This document shows, piece after piece, positions 17,558-26,587 of a DNA stretch of 64,000 nt. Origin of the DNA: Acidobacteriota bacterium. Its GTDB lineage: Bacteria; Acidobacteriota; Thermoanaerobaculia; UBA5066; Gp7-AA6. Under the pieces are notes generated by a model. The model had not been told where the DNA came from. It saw only the letters and a list, made by a program, of their open reading frames with translations, and did no database searches. The stretch covers positions 1,236-65,235 of the forward strand of contig JBLMXY010000016.1 of assembly GCA_050257975.1 (NCBI GenBank), read 5' to 3'. A program made the position numbers and the translations under genes. Position 1 is the first letter of the stretch; each line of letters opens with the position of its first letter.

Positions 17558-19192
17558 CTAGTCCACGAACGTGACCTTGTTGATCTCCTTCAACGTCGTC
17601 CAGCCCTCGAACACCTTCGCCAGGGCCGCGTCCCGAAGGAACGCCATCCCCTCCTCCTTGGCCGCCCTCTTGATCTCGGCGGCCGGCCGGCGCTCCAGGA
17701 TCAGGCCGCGGATCCGATCCGAAAGGTCGAGCAGCTCCGCGATCGCCATCCGGCCGTGGAACCCCGTGCCGTCGCATTCGAGGCAGCCCTTTCCCTCGTA
17801 GAACGTCTTTCCCCGCGCGGCCTCCGGGTCGAGCCCCGCCTCGACGAACATCTCCCGGGTGATGACCGCCTTTTCCCGGCAATGGGGGCAGATCTTGCGA
17901 ACCAGCCGCTGCGCCAGGACACAGTTCAACGCCGAGACGAAGTTGTAGAGCTCCACCTTCATGTTCAAGAACCGTCCGAGCACGTCCACGACGTTGTTGG
18001 CGTGCACGGTCGTGAAGACCAGGTGTCCGGTCAACGCCGACTGGACCGCGATCTGGGCGGTCTCTTCGTCTCGGATCTCGCCCACCATGATCTTGTCCGG
18101 GTCGTGCCGCAGGATCGAGCGCAGCCCGCGGGCGAAGGTGAGCCCCTTCTTCTCGTTGACCGGGATCTGGGTGATCCCGCGCAGCTGATACTCGACCGGA
18201 TCCTCGATCGTGACGATCTTGTCCTCGACCGACTGGATCTCCGAGAGGCAGGCGTAGAGCGTGGTCGTCTTTCCCGAGCCCGTCGGCCCGGTCACGAGCA
18301 CCATGCCGTACGGCTCGCGGATGAACTTGCGCAGCTTCTTCTTGGTCTCGGCGTCGAACCCCAGCACCTCGAGGTTCAGGCTCTTGAACTCGGCGTTGGC
18401 CGACTCCTTGTCCAGGATGCGGATGACGGCGTCCTCGCCGTGGACCGTCGGCATGATCGAGACGCGGAAGTCGATCGTGCGCCCGCGGACGCGCAGCTTG
18501 AAGCGGCCGTCCTGCGGGATGCGCTTCTCCGCGATGTCGAGCTCCGACATCACCTTGATGCGCGAAATGATCGTGCCGTGGTGGCGCTTGTCGATCGGGT
18601 CCATCGCCTGGTAGAGCACGCCGTCGATGCGGTACTTGATCAGGACGACGTTCTCCTGCGTCTCGATGTGGATGTCCGAGGCGCGCCGCTGGATCGCGTT
18701 GAAGACGATCGAGTCGACGAGCTTGATGATCGGCGAGGCGTCCTGCGTGATCCGGTCGATGGTGAGGGTCTCTTCCCCTTCCTCGTCCTCGGACACGAGC
18801 TGCATCCGGAACTCTTCGGTCGCCTCGTCGAGAACCCGCTGCGAGGACTCGCTCTTCTGGAGGATGTCCGTGATCGCGGCGCGGCTTCCGACCTTCAGTT
18901 TCAGCGGCAGGCCGGCCAGCAGCTCCAGCTCGTCGAGCTTCACCACGTCGGCCGGATCGGCGCAGATGATCGTGAGGGACTTCTCCGTGCGCTTCTCCGG
19001 AATGAACCCGTAGCGCAGCATCCACTCGACCGGGATGGAGCGGAAGAGCTCCGGGTCCACACGGAACGAGGCGAGGTCGACGTACGGCAGTCCCAGCCGA
19101 TCCGCGAGGGTCTGCGCGTGCGCCTCCCCTTCCACCGCCGCGGCGAGCGCGTTGCCGTTCAAAACGGTCCTGGTCGTGGACATGGCCGTCAC
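17558..19192 (-). CDS. GspE/PilB-family secretion ATPase
   Basis: ORF 17558..19192. Has a T2SSE N-terminal domain, Walker A GPTGSGKTTT, Asp/His boxes and the tetracysteine CPHC...CLEC. GTGA overlap with the downstream gspF-like gene. Confidence 0.92.
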   Translation of the reverse strand: MTAMSTTRTVLNGNALAAAVEGEAHAQTLADRLGLPYVDLASFRVDPELFRSIPVEWMLRYGFIPEKRTEKSLTIICADPADVVKLDELELLAGLPLKLKVGSRAAITDILQKSESSQRVLDEATEEFRMQLVSEDEEGEETLTIDRITQDASPIIKLVDSIVFNAIQRRASDIHIETQENVVLIKYRIDGVLYQAMDPIDKRHHGTIISRIKVMSELDIAEKRIPQDGRFKLRVRGRTIDFRVSIMPTVHGEDAVIRILDKESANAEFKSLNLEVLGFDAETKKKLRKFIREPYGMVLVTGPTGSGKTTTLYACLSEIQSVEDKIVTIEDPVEYQLRGITQIPVNEKKGLTFARGLRSILRHDPDKIMVGEIRDEETAQIAVQSALTGHLVFTTVHANNVVDVLGRFLNMKVELYNFVSALNCVLAQRLVRKICPHCREKAVITREMFVEAGLDPEAARGKTFYEGKGCLECDGTGFHGRMAIAELLDLSDRIRGLILERRPAAEIKRAAKEEGMAFLRDAALAKVFEGWTTLKEINKVTFVD

Positions 19193-20403
19193 CCCTTGAC
19201 TTGCGACATCAGCCGGAAGATCGGCAGGTAGACCGAGAGGAGGATCGTCACGATGACGCCTCCCATGATGACGAGGATCACCGGCTCGACGAAGGAGATC
19301 ACGCGCGCGAGCAGCGTCTCGATCTCCTCGTCGTAGAACTCGGAGACCGAGGAGAGCATCTCCTCAAGCGCCCCGGAGGTCTCCCCGACCTTGACCATCT
19401 CGATGGTCAGGTTGGTGAAGAGCTTCGTGTCCTCCAGGGCCTTCCAGAGCTCGCCCCCCTCCCGGACCCGGGGAACGACGTCGCGCACGCGGCGGGAGAG
19501 GAACCGGTTGCCGATGGCGTCGGCGGCATTCTCCAGCGCCGGAACGAGCGGCGTGCCCCCGCCCAGCAGCGTCGCCAGGCTGCGGGTGAACTGCGTGATC
19601 CCGAACCGGCGAAAGATGCCGCCGACGATCGGGATCTTGAGCAGCATCGCGTCGCCCCACTCCGCGCCGCGCGCCGTCTTGAGCCATCGGGAGCCGAAGA
19701 AGAGAACCGCCGCGAGGCCGCCGCCGATCCACACGATGTTGTCGCGCAGGAATCCCGCGGTGCGGATCACGATGACCGTCAAGAGCGGCAGCTCTCCTCC
19801 GAACTCCGCGAAGAAGTCCTGGAACTTCGGGATGACGACCGTCATCAGGATCGCGATCAGAACGATCGAGAGCAGGATCAGGATCGCGGGATAGACGAGG
19901 GTCGAGAGGACCTTGCGCGAAAGCCCCATCACCGTCTTCTGGTACTTCAGGTACCGGCGCAGCACGCTCTCGATCTCGCCCGACTTCTCCCCCGCCTTGA
20001 GCGAAGTCCAGTAGAGCCTCGGGAAGAGGTCGCCTTGCTCGGCGAAGGCCTCGGAGATGGAGGCGCCCGCGTTGACGCGCTCCCGGACATCGGCAAGCAC
20101 CCGCCGCAGGACGGGGCTCTCCTGCCGCTCGAGAAGGATCTCGAAGGAGTGCACCACCGGCAGCCCTGCCTTCAGCAGCGCGATCATTTCCTGGTTGAAG
20201 ATGAGGAACTGCGACATCTTGATGCGGCCCCGGCGCCCTCCGCGCCCTCCGGAAAACGAGAAGCCCCTGCGGCGGACCTCGAAGACGTGCCCACCGCGGC
20301 GCTCGACCTCCGAGCGCGCGGCGCCGGAATCGGGAGCGAGGACCGCCTCTTCGGCGATCGAGCCGTCGGGCCAGCCCGTCTTGACGGAGAACTGGGGGCT
20401 CAT
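19189..20403 (-). CDS. GspF/PilC-family inner-membrane platform protein
   Basis: ATG 20403 (ATGA overlap with the upstream gene) inside ORF 19189..20706. Two T2SSF repeats (...LLKAGLPVVHSFEIL..., ...GETSGALEEML...). Confidence 0.9.
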   Translation of the reverse strand: MSPQFSVKTGWPDGSIAEEAVLAPDSGAARSEVERRGGHVFEVRRRGFSFSGGRGGRRGRIKMSQFLIFNQEMIALLKAGLPVVHSFEILLERQESPVLRRVLADVRERVNAGASISEAFAEQGDLFPRLYWTSLKAGEKSGEIESVLRRYLKYQKTVMGLSRKVLSTLVYPAILILLSIVLIAILMTVVIPKFQDFFAEFGGELPLLTVIVIRTAGFLRDNIVWIGGGLAAVLFFGSRWLKTARGAEWGDAMLLKIPIVGGIFRRFGITQFTRSLATLLGGGTPLVPALENAADAIGNRFLSRRVRDVVPRVREGGELWKALEDTKLFTNLTIEMVKVGETSGALEEMLSSVSEFYDEEIETLLARVISFVEPVILVIMGGVIVTILLSVYLPIFRLMSQVKG

Positions 20404-21143
20404 TGCCGCTTCTCCACGGTCTTCGAGCCGGCGGGCCCCTTCCCCGCCTCCGCGCGGGGCAGCTCCTGGGCGAGCAGGATCAGGATCAGGGCGGTCTTGG
20501 ACTGCTCCTCCCGGGAGGCGCCGATGATCAGCGTCTGATTGAGCTTGATCGGCATCGGAGCGCGGTAGAGCGGCGTCTGGATGAGCGGGCCCAGATTGCC
20601 CCCGGCTCGGACCCGGGAGAGCGTGAACGGGGAAAGCAGCAGCTCGTCGCCGCCGCCCGCCGGAGCGATCGAGAAGGAGAGCGCGTAGTCCTGTCCCAGC
20701 CGGCACTCGACCCGACGGCCCTCGACGCCCCGCAGCAGCTCCGAGTCGATCAGCGCGTAGTCGTTGAACTGGAAGAGGGCCTTGAGCTTCGCTCCCATTC
20801 CCCCGATCTCCTTGGAGATGGATCCCGCCGGCACGTCCGCCCGGGCGCGCACGAGCTTGATGGCGAAGGTGAAGCCCCGGGGCGGAACGTCGAAGTCCGC
20901 CAGGACCTTCGCGATCGTCTTCAGGTTCTCCTCCCGGTCGGTCACGGTCATTGCGTTCAAGCGCTGGGTGAGGGTGACCGAGGCGGCGTCGGACAGGTGC
21001 GGCCGGATCAGGAGCGCCGCCTCTTCGACCCTGCGGTAGTTGAGCTTGAAGACCTTGATCGAGAGCTCGTCCGCTCCGGGCGAGGAAGCCGGAAGAAGAA
21101 GAAGGGCCGCGAGCGCGGCCGCGAGCAGGAGCGACTTTCTCAC
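20400..21143 (-). CDS. exported secretin-N (NolW-like) domain protein lacking a secretin pore domain
   Basis: GTG 21143 gives VRKSLLLAAALAALLLLPASSPGA (signal peptide). It is followed by IKVFKLNYRRVEEAALLIRPHLSD..VTLTQRLNAMTVTDREENLKTIAKVLADFD, which resembles the N1-type domains of GspD/PilQ. No C-terminal secretin core. Confidence 0.6.
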   Translation of the reverse strand: MRKSLLLAAALAALLLLPASSPGADELSIKVFKLNYRRVEEAALLIRPHLSDAASVTLTQRLNAMTVTDREENLKTIAKVLADFDVPPRGFTFAIKLVRARADVPAGSISKEIGGMGAKLKALFQFNDYALIDSELLRGVEGRRVECRLGQDYALSFSIAPAGGGDELLLSPFTLSRVRAGGNLGPLIQTPLYRAPMPIKLNQTLIIGASREEQSKTALILILLAQELPRAEAGKGPAGSKTVEKRQ

Positions 21144-21228
21144 GCGATGGAGATCTCCGGCCCTACCTGCCGCGGCCGGCCGCGCGCCGCCGGGCCACGC
21201 CCCGGCCGATCCGCGGTGCGGCAGGATG

Positions 21229-21759
21229 CTAGATGTCGAGCGAGCCATCCACGATCCAGACCACGCGCGGCTCTCCCGCGCCCGGATTCCAGTCGTAGAC
21301 GGTCGCCCCGCCCGACGCCCGAGCGGCGCCGTCGGGCCCGGCGACGGTGGAAAAGTCCGCCGAGGGAGCGCGCCGGACCTCGGCCTTCTCGTTTCCCTCC
21401 GGCGGAGGCTTCAGCCCCGAAGGCACGGCGAGCGTCAGAAGCACGACCGCAGCGGCGGCGGCCGCCCGGATCCCGCGGCGCCCCGCGACGGCGCGGCGAG
21501 GGCGGGCGATGCGCCCCTCGGCCTGCCGCAGCGCGATCCCGGCTCGGACCGAAGCCACGACGCAAGCCACGTCGGCCGAAGAGACGGCCTCGGGAGACAG
21601 CGTCCCGAAGAGCACGACCGGATCGATCGCGGCCGCCTCGGCGCGGCACGCCGGGCAGCCGGCCAGGTGCTCGCGCACCTCCCGCCGGGTTCCCGCCTCG
21701 AGAGCCTCGCGGCCGTAGGCCGGCAGGCTTGCCCGCACCCGCTCGCAGATCGCGCTCAC
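21229..21759 (-). CDS. anti-sigma factor (zf-HC2 type, single TM)
   Basis: GTG 21759 (GTGA overlap with the sigma stop). Contains HLAGCPAC (HxxxCxxC), a TM segment AAAAAVVLLTLAV and a periplasmic tail. Confidence 0.75.
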   Translation of the reverse strand: MSAICERVRASLPAYGREALEAGTRREVREHLAGCPACRAEAAAIDPVVLFGTLSPEAVSSADVACVVASVRAGIALRQAEGRIARPRRAVAGRRGIRAAAAAAVVLLTLAVPSGLKPPPEGNEKAEVRRAPSADFSTVAGPDGAARASGGATVYDWNPGAGEPRVVWIVDGSLDI

Positions 21760-22436
21760 GACTTTCGACCCCGCCGAAAGAGGCCCGGATGGACCTTCTC
21801 GATCTCCCGGCGGAGGATGCGCCGGGCGTTGAACAGATGGTTGCGGACGGTGGACTCGCCGCATCGCAGGATCTCGGCGATCTCCCGGGTGTCGCAGTCC
21901 TGCATCTCCCGAAGCACGAAGGCGGCCTTCTGCTTGCCGGAAAGCCGGTGGGAGACCCGCTCGAAGAGGCGCGCGAGCTCCCCGTCCTCGGCCGCGCGGG
22001 TGGTCTCGGACACCGACGACTCCTCGCGCTGCCGCACCAGGTGGAGCGTCGCGCCGTGCGCGCGCTCCCGGGAGCGGGCGCTGCGCAGGAAATCGATCGC
22101 GAGGTTGGTCGCGATGCGATAGAGCCAGGTGTTGAAGGAGTAGGCGTCGTCGTAGCGGTCGAGCTGCTCCCAGACGCGAAGGAAGACCATCTGGGCGACG
22201 TCCCGGGCGTCCTCGCCGTCCCCCACCACCCGGCGGGCGATCGCGATGACGGCCGGGGTCTTCCGGGCGACCAGCGCCTCGAACGCCAGCATGTCGCCGC
22301 GGCGAGTCTCGGCGACCAGCTCCCGGTCCGTGGCCTGGGCCGCCTCGAGCCTGCGCCGGTCTTCGCTGTAGACAAGCTCCATCGGCTCTCTATACGGAGC
22401 GCGCCCTCCCGGCGTTGAGGGCTTTTCGTCGGTCAT
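21756..22436 (-). CDS. ECF (sigma-70 family group 4) RNA polymerase sigma factor
   Basis: ORF 21756..22508, with the likely start at ATG 22436. Region 2 is FEALVARKTPAVIAIARRVVGDGEDARDVAQMVFLRVWEQLDRYD...FNTWLYRIATNLAIDFLR. Region 4 is FVLREMQDCDTREIAEILRCGESTVRNHLFNARR. Confidence 0.9.
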   Translation of the reverse strand: MTDEKPSTPGGRAPYREPMELVYSEDRRRLEAAQATDRELVAETRRGDMLAFEALVARKTPAVIAIARRVVGDGEDARDVAQMVFLRVWEQLDRYDDAYSFNTWLYRIATNLAIDFLRSARSRERAHGATLHLVRQREESSVSETTRAAEDGELARLFERVSHRLSGKQKAAFVLREMQDCDTREIAEILRCGESTVRNHLFNARRILRREIEKVHPGLFRRGRKS

Positions 22437-22446
22437 AAACTCTTGA

Positions 22447-22475
22447 ATTCTAAAGTCTGAAGGCGGAAGTTGGAA
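22447..22475 (-). promoter_or_regulatory. possible sigma-70-type promoter of the ECF/secretion operon (TTCCAA-N17-TAGAAT)
   Basis: On the minus strand, TAGAAT is the reverse complement of 22447-22452, 10 nt before ATG 22436. TTCCAA is the reverse complement of 22470-22475, 17 nt further up. The -35 match is weak. Confidence 0.3.
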
Positions 22476-22642
22476 GGCCGAAACGACCGGGTGCGCGGCG
22501 GGCCGCACGCCGCAACCAATAGAACGCGGGGCCTGCGCCGGCGGATTCCTCGCTTCGCGCGCCGCGGCGGAAGGCTCGGGCGAGGGTGGCGGCTCGCGGC
22601 CCGCGCTCCGTCACGCGACCGCGCCTCCGTCATAATCCGAGA

Positions 22643-23926
22643 GTGCTCCTCTACCGCGCGCTCTCGACGCTTGCCCTGCTCGCGTACTCGCCGTACGCGC
22701 TTCTGCGCTCGCTCGCGGGACGCCGGCGCCTGGGCGACGTGCGCGGCCGGCTCGGGCGAACCGTCTACCCCGATCTGGACGGGGGAATCTGGATCCATGC
22801 CGTGTCGGTCGGCGAGGTGGGTGTCGCGCGAACCCTCCTCTCGGCGCTCGCGCGCCGGGCGCCCGGGCATCGGGCGGGACTCTCGGTGACGACGGCCGCG
22901 GGCCGGGAGCTCGCCGAGTCGCGGCCGATCGCCGACACGCCGGTCTTTCCGTTCCCCTTCGACCTGCTCCGGCCGATCGAGAAGGCGCTCGATTCGATCC
23001 GGCCGGGACTCGTCCTGCTGACGGAGACCGAGATCTGGCCGCTCTTCATCGATCGGGCGACGGCGCGCGGGATCCCCGTGGCGCTGGTCAACGGCCGCGT
23101 CTCGCACCGATCCTTTTCCCGGTACGCCCTGGTGCGCCGCTGGCTTGCCTCGACCCTTCGGCGCGTCGCGGTCTTCGCCATGCAGAGCCCGGCCGACGCC
23201 GAGCGGATCATCGCGCTCGGCGCGCCGCCCGGCCGCGTCCGCGTGACCGGGAACCTGAAGTACGACATGCCCGAGGCGCCGCCCTTCGCCGACGCCGAGC
23301 GCTTGAAGCGCGCCGGAGGCGGGCGGCCGATCATCGTCGCCGCGTCCACGGCGGAGGGAGAAGAGGAGCTCGTGCTCGCGGCCTGGCGCGGTCTCGAGGC
23401 GCGCGCCCTCCTCGCCCTCGCCCCGCGCCGGCCCGAGCGCTTCGACGCCGTCGCGGAGCTGGTCGAGAAGGCCGGCTTCTCGGTTCTGCGCCGCTCATCC
23501 CCCGATTCCCGATCCCCGACCGCCGATTACCGATCCGCCGTCTACCTTCTCGACTCGATCGGCGAGCTCGCCTCGCTCTACCGCGAGGCGAGCCTGGCGT
23601 TCGTCGGCGGCAGCCTCGTGCGGCGAGGCGGCCACAACCCGATCGAGGCCTGGGTGGCCGGCGTCCCGGCGCTGGTCGGGCCGCACACGGAGAACTTTCG
23701 GCAGATCACGTCCGACGGAGAGGCGCACGGATTCCTTCGGCGCGTCTCGGGCGAGGCCGCGCTCTCGCGGGAGCTCGAGCGCGCCCTTTGCGCTCCGGGA
23801 GACTCCCGGGAAGCCGGCGAGCGGGCGCGCCGCTTCGTGGCCGAGAACCGCGGCGCGGCCGACCGGACGGTCGAGCTGCTGCTTGCGCTGCGGACGCGCG
23901 AGGCGCGCCGGATGGCGGCTCCATGA
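22643..23926 (+). CDS. waaA: 3-deoxy-D-manno-octulosonic acid (Kdo) transferase
   Basis: ORF 22586..23926, with the likely start at GTG 22643 (VLLYRALSTLALLAYSPYALL...IWIHAVSVGEV...). Typical WaaA/KdtA N-terminus and length. Confidence 0.88.
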   Translation: MLLYRALSTLALLAYSPYALLRSLAGRRRLGDVRGRLGRTVYPDLDGGIWIHAVSVGEVGVARTLLSALARRAPGHRAGLSVTTAAGRELAESRPIADTPVFPFPFDLLRPIEKALDSIRPGLVLLTETEIWPLFIDRATARGIPVALVNGRVSHRSFSRYALVRRWLASTLRRVAVFAMQSPADAERIIALGAPPGRVRVTGNLKYDMPEAPPFADAERLKRAGGGRPIIVAASTAEGEEELVLAAWRGLEARALLALAPRRPERFDAVAELVEKAGFSVLRRSSPDSRSPTADYRSAVYLLDSIGELASLYREASLAFVGGSLVRRGGHNPIEAWVAGVPALVGPHTENFRQITSDGEAHGFLRRVSGEAALSRELERALCAPGDSREAGERARRFVAENRGAADRTVELLLALRTREARRMAAP

Positions 23927-24954
23927 GCCCGGATCCGCTCTCGCGCCTCTACGGCTCCGCGCTCGAGGTCCGCGCGCGCCTCTACGCCCGAGGGCGGATC
24001 CGGTCGCGCCGGCTCGATCACCCGACGATCTCGGTCGGCAACATCACCTTCGGCGGCACCGGCAAGACTCCGCTCGTCGAGTGGCTTGCGCGGCGTTTCC
24101 GCTTCGAGGGACGGCGTCCCGCGATCCTCTCGCGCGGATACGGCCGCCGCTCGCGGGGCCTGGTCGTGGTCTCCGAGGGCGACGGCCCGCGGGTCGGCGC
24201 CGACCGGGGCGGCGACGAGCCGGTCGAGCTCGCGCGCAGGCTGCCCGGGGTGGTCATCGTGGTCGCCCGGCGGCGCGCCGAAGCGGCGGATGCGGCCGGC
24301 CGCCTCGGCGCCAATCTCTTCCTGCTCGACGACGGCTATCAGCACCTCGCCGTGCGGCGCGACGTGAACCTGCTGCTGCTCGACGCCCGAGACCCGTTCG
24401 GTGGCGGAAAGCTCCCGCCGCGGGGCCGCCTGCGCGAGCCGCTCTCGGCCCTCTCGCGCGCGGACGCCTTCGTCTTCACCCGCGTCGACCGCACCGAGCC
24501 GCCCGCCTCCGCGCTCCAGACGCTCCAGGCGATTCGCCCCGGGGCACCCGTCTTCACCGCCCGCATCCGCGCGGCGGGCGTGCGCGACGAGAACGGCTCG
24601 CCGGTGCCCGCCTCCGCCCTCGCCTCGCGGCGGATCCTGGCCGTCTGCGGCATCGCGAACCCGGCAGGCTTCGCGTCGAGCCTCGCGGAGCTCGATCTCG
24701 CGCCCGAGGAGACGCTCGCCTTCCGCGACCACCAGCGGTACGACGATCGGGCGCTCGCGAGGATCGGGCGGGCCGCGGAGGCCTCCGGATGCTCCTGGAT
24801 CGTCACGACCGAGAAGGACGCGGTCAAGCTCTGGGGCCGGCTGGCGCTTCCGGTCGTCGCGGTGCGCCTCTCCGTCGAGATCGTCGAGCCCGGCTTCTTC
24901 CCGTTCCTCGTGTCGCGCATCGCTCCGGCCGACGCCGGCCGCGTGGCGGGATGA
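23923..24954 (+). CDS. lpxK: tetraacyldisaccharide 4'-kinase
   Basis: ATG 23923 (ATGA overlap). Contains SVGNITFGGTGKTP (P-loop), as in LpxK. Confidence 0.9.
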   Translation: MSPDPLSRLYGSALEVRARLYARGRIRSRRLDHPTISVGNITFGGTGKTPLVEWLARRFRFEGRRPAILSRGYGRRSRGLVVVSEGDGPRVGADRGGDEPVELARRLPGVVIVVARRRAEAADAAGRLGANLFLLDDGYQHLAVRRDVNLLLLDARDPFGGGKLPPRGRLREPLSALSRADAFVFTRVDRTEPPASALQTLQAIRPGAPVFTARIRAAGVRDENGSPVPASALASRRILAVCGIANPAGFASSLAELDLAPEETLAFRDHQRYDDRALARIGRAAEASGCSWIVTTEKDAVKLWGRLALPVVAVRLSVEIVEPGFFPFLVSRIAPADAGRVAG

Positions 24955-25916
24955 GGACCTCTCCCTCCGCCGTCTACGACGACGGCGCGGTGCGCCTGGC
25001 CCGCCGCGGGCGCCCGTCGCGCGCGCGCCACCTCCTCGAGCACGGCGTCTTCCGGCTGGCGACCGGAGCGCTCGCCCTGCTGCCGGAGCGATCGACGACG
25101 TGGATCGGGCGGCGGGCGGCGCGCCTGCTCTTGAGTCTTACGGCAAGGCGCCGGCGGATCCTGCTCGACAACCTCGCCCGGGCCTTTCCGGAGAAGGGCG
25201 ACGCGGAGATCCGCCGGATCGCGCGCGAGTCGGTCGAGAACCTCGGGGCCGCCTTCTTCGAGTTCCTTCGGGTCTCCCGCTGGAGCGAGGAGGACCTGAA
25301 AACGCGCGTCGCGTGCGAAGGCGTCGAGAACCTCGCGGCCGCCCGCGCGCGGGGCAAGGGCGTGATCCTTCTCTCGGCCCACTTCGGCAGCTGGGAGCTC
25401 GGCGCGCTCGCCGCGGGGCTGCTCGGCGAGCCGATCTCTCCGGTCGGCCGCCCGCTCGACAATCCCCTGCTCGAGGCCGAGCTCGTCGCCCGGCGCACGC
25501 GCTTCGGCAACCGGGTCATCGCCAAGAGAGACGCCCTGCGCGAGATGCTTCGCGCAATGCGACACGGGCACACCGTGGCGATCCTGCTCGACCAGAACGT
25601 GATGCCGGACGAGGCGACGTTCGTTCCCTTCTTCGGGCGGCTGGCCGCGACCACCTCCTCGGTGGCCCTCGTGCAGCGCAAGACGGGCGCCGCGGTCGTG
25701 CCCGTCTTCACCTGGCCGGACGGCGACGGGCGCTACCGCCTCGTGTTCGAGACGCCGATCCTGCCCGAGGAGTTCTTTTCGACCGACGGCGGGCGCGCCG
25801 ATCAGGTCCGGCGCGCCACCGCCCGCTACACCGAGGTGACGGAACGGGCCATCCGCAAGCAGCCGGCGGCCTGGCTGTGGCTCCACGACCGGTGGAAGAC
25901 GAGGCCGGTTGAGTAG
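24951..25916 (+). CDS. lipid A late (lauroyl/myristoyl-type) acyltransferase, LpxL/HtrB family
   Basis: ATG 24951 (ATGA overlap). Contains LSAHFGSWE (the HX4D/E-type acyltransferase motif region) and a C-terminus AAWLWLHDRWK, typical of this family. Confidence 0.8.
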   Translation: MRTSPSAVYDDGAVRLARRGRPSRARHLLEHGVFRLATGALALLPERSTTWIGRRAARLLLSLTARRRRILLDNLARAFPEKGDAEIRRIARESVENLGAAFFEFLRVSRWSEEDLKTRVACEGVENLAAARARGKGVILLSAHFGSWELGALAAGLLGEPISPVGRPLDNPLLEAELVARRTRFGNRVIAKRDALREMLRAMRHGHTVAILLDQNVMPDEATFVPFFGRLAATTSSVALVQRKTGAAVVPVFTWPDGDGRYRLVFETPILPEEFFSTDGGRADQVRRATARYTEVTERAIRKQPAAWLWLHDRWKTRPVE

Positions 25917-25984
25917 TTATCAGTGGTCAGTTATCAGTTGTCAGTTCCGGAACTGAGAACTGAAAACTGACAACTGAAAACTCA
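25917..25984. repeat. heptanucleotide-periodic hairpin element D
   Basis: TTATCAG TGGTCAG TTATCAG TTGTCAG TTCCGG AACTGAG AACTGAA AACTGAC AACTGAA AACTCA. The centre CAGTTCCGGAACTG is a perfect 14-nt palindrome. It spans exactly from the acyltransferase stop (25916) into the HNH stop (25982-25984). Confidence 0.9.
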
Positions 25985-26587
25985 CTTCAGTTCGGTGTTC
26001 CAGTAAGCGACGTCCAGGAAATTGCGCCACGCCGGGTGGAACTTGTTCGCGCCGAAGTGCCCGACCGGATGCCAGCGCGGCTTCTTCGGGTGCTGGACCA
26101 GCTTCATCGAGGCTTCCTGAGGCGTCCGGTTCCCCTTGCGCACGTTGCACGCCAGACACGCGCACACGACGTTTTCCCAGGACGAGTTTCCGCCGCGCGA
26201 CAGCGGGATCACGTGATCGAGCGACAGTTCGGCGGAGGGGAACCTCTGCCCGCAGTACTGGCAGCGGTTGCCGTCGCGCACGTAGATGTTGTGGCGCGAG
26301 AACTTCACCTCCTGCCGCGGCAGCCGGTCGTACTCCTTGAGGGCGATCACGCGGGGGACGCGGATCGCCATCGAGGGCGTCAGGACGACCTCGTCCTGCG
26401 GCTGCGGGGGGATGTCGCACCAGTTCTCGAACTCGTAGGTCGAATAGTCCGGCAGGACCGCACGGACGTGCCCCTTGTAGAAGAGGGAAAACGCCTTCCG
26501 GACGGACGTGACCTGAACCGCCTGAAAGACGCGATTGACGACGAGCACGTGAGAGTCGAGCATGTCCGTTATCCCGGAGGCGCTCAT
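25982..26587 (-). CDS. HNH endonuclease-family protein
   Basis: ATG 26587 inside ORF 25982..26629. Contains CQYCG...LSLDHVIPLSRGGNSSWENVVCACLACNVRKGNR, i.e. the HNH motif with CxxC zinc ligands. Confidence 0.85.
   Translation of the reverse strand: MSASGITDMLDSHVLVVNRVFQAVQVTSVRKAFSLFYKGHVRAVLPDYSTYEFENWCDIPPQPQDEVVLTPSMAIRVPRVIALKEYDRLPRQEVKFSRHNIYVRDGNRCQYCGQRFPSAELSLDHVIPLSRGGNSSWENVVCACLACNVRKGNRTPQEASMKLVQHPKKPRWHPVGHFGANKFHPAWRNFLDVAYWNTELK

Noticed and set aside
16505-19231. 908-aa plus-strand ORF across the pilM-like and gspE-like genes (similar cases: 28225..31131, 40908..43055, 46656..48875, 59556..61523, 62135..63865)
   Set aside because: Each is antisense or off-frame to a well-supported gene and is rich in R/D/G/P/E with repeated 'RRR'/'GRR' runs. 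I treat them as GC-driven stop-codon depletion, not genes.
22480-22510. GAAAC at 22480-22484 in the divergent region between the T2SS-operon sigma gene and waaA, as a sixth copy of the ECF promoter motif
   Set aside because: The sequence 15-16 nt downstream is GGCCGCAC, not GCATCCAA, and the nearest plus-strand start (22643) is more than 130 nt away. A lone GAAAC pentamer is not informative.
25982-26587. HNH gene as a homing endonuclease or remnant of a mobile element or prophage
   Set aside because: There are no flanking direct or inverted repeats other than the ubiquitous heptad hairpin. There are no integrase, transposase or phage genes, no intein or intron context, and no visible GC shift. 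It looks like a resident stand-alone HNH protein.
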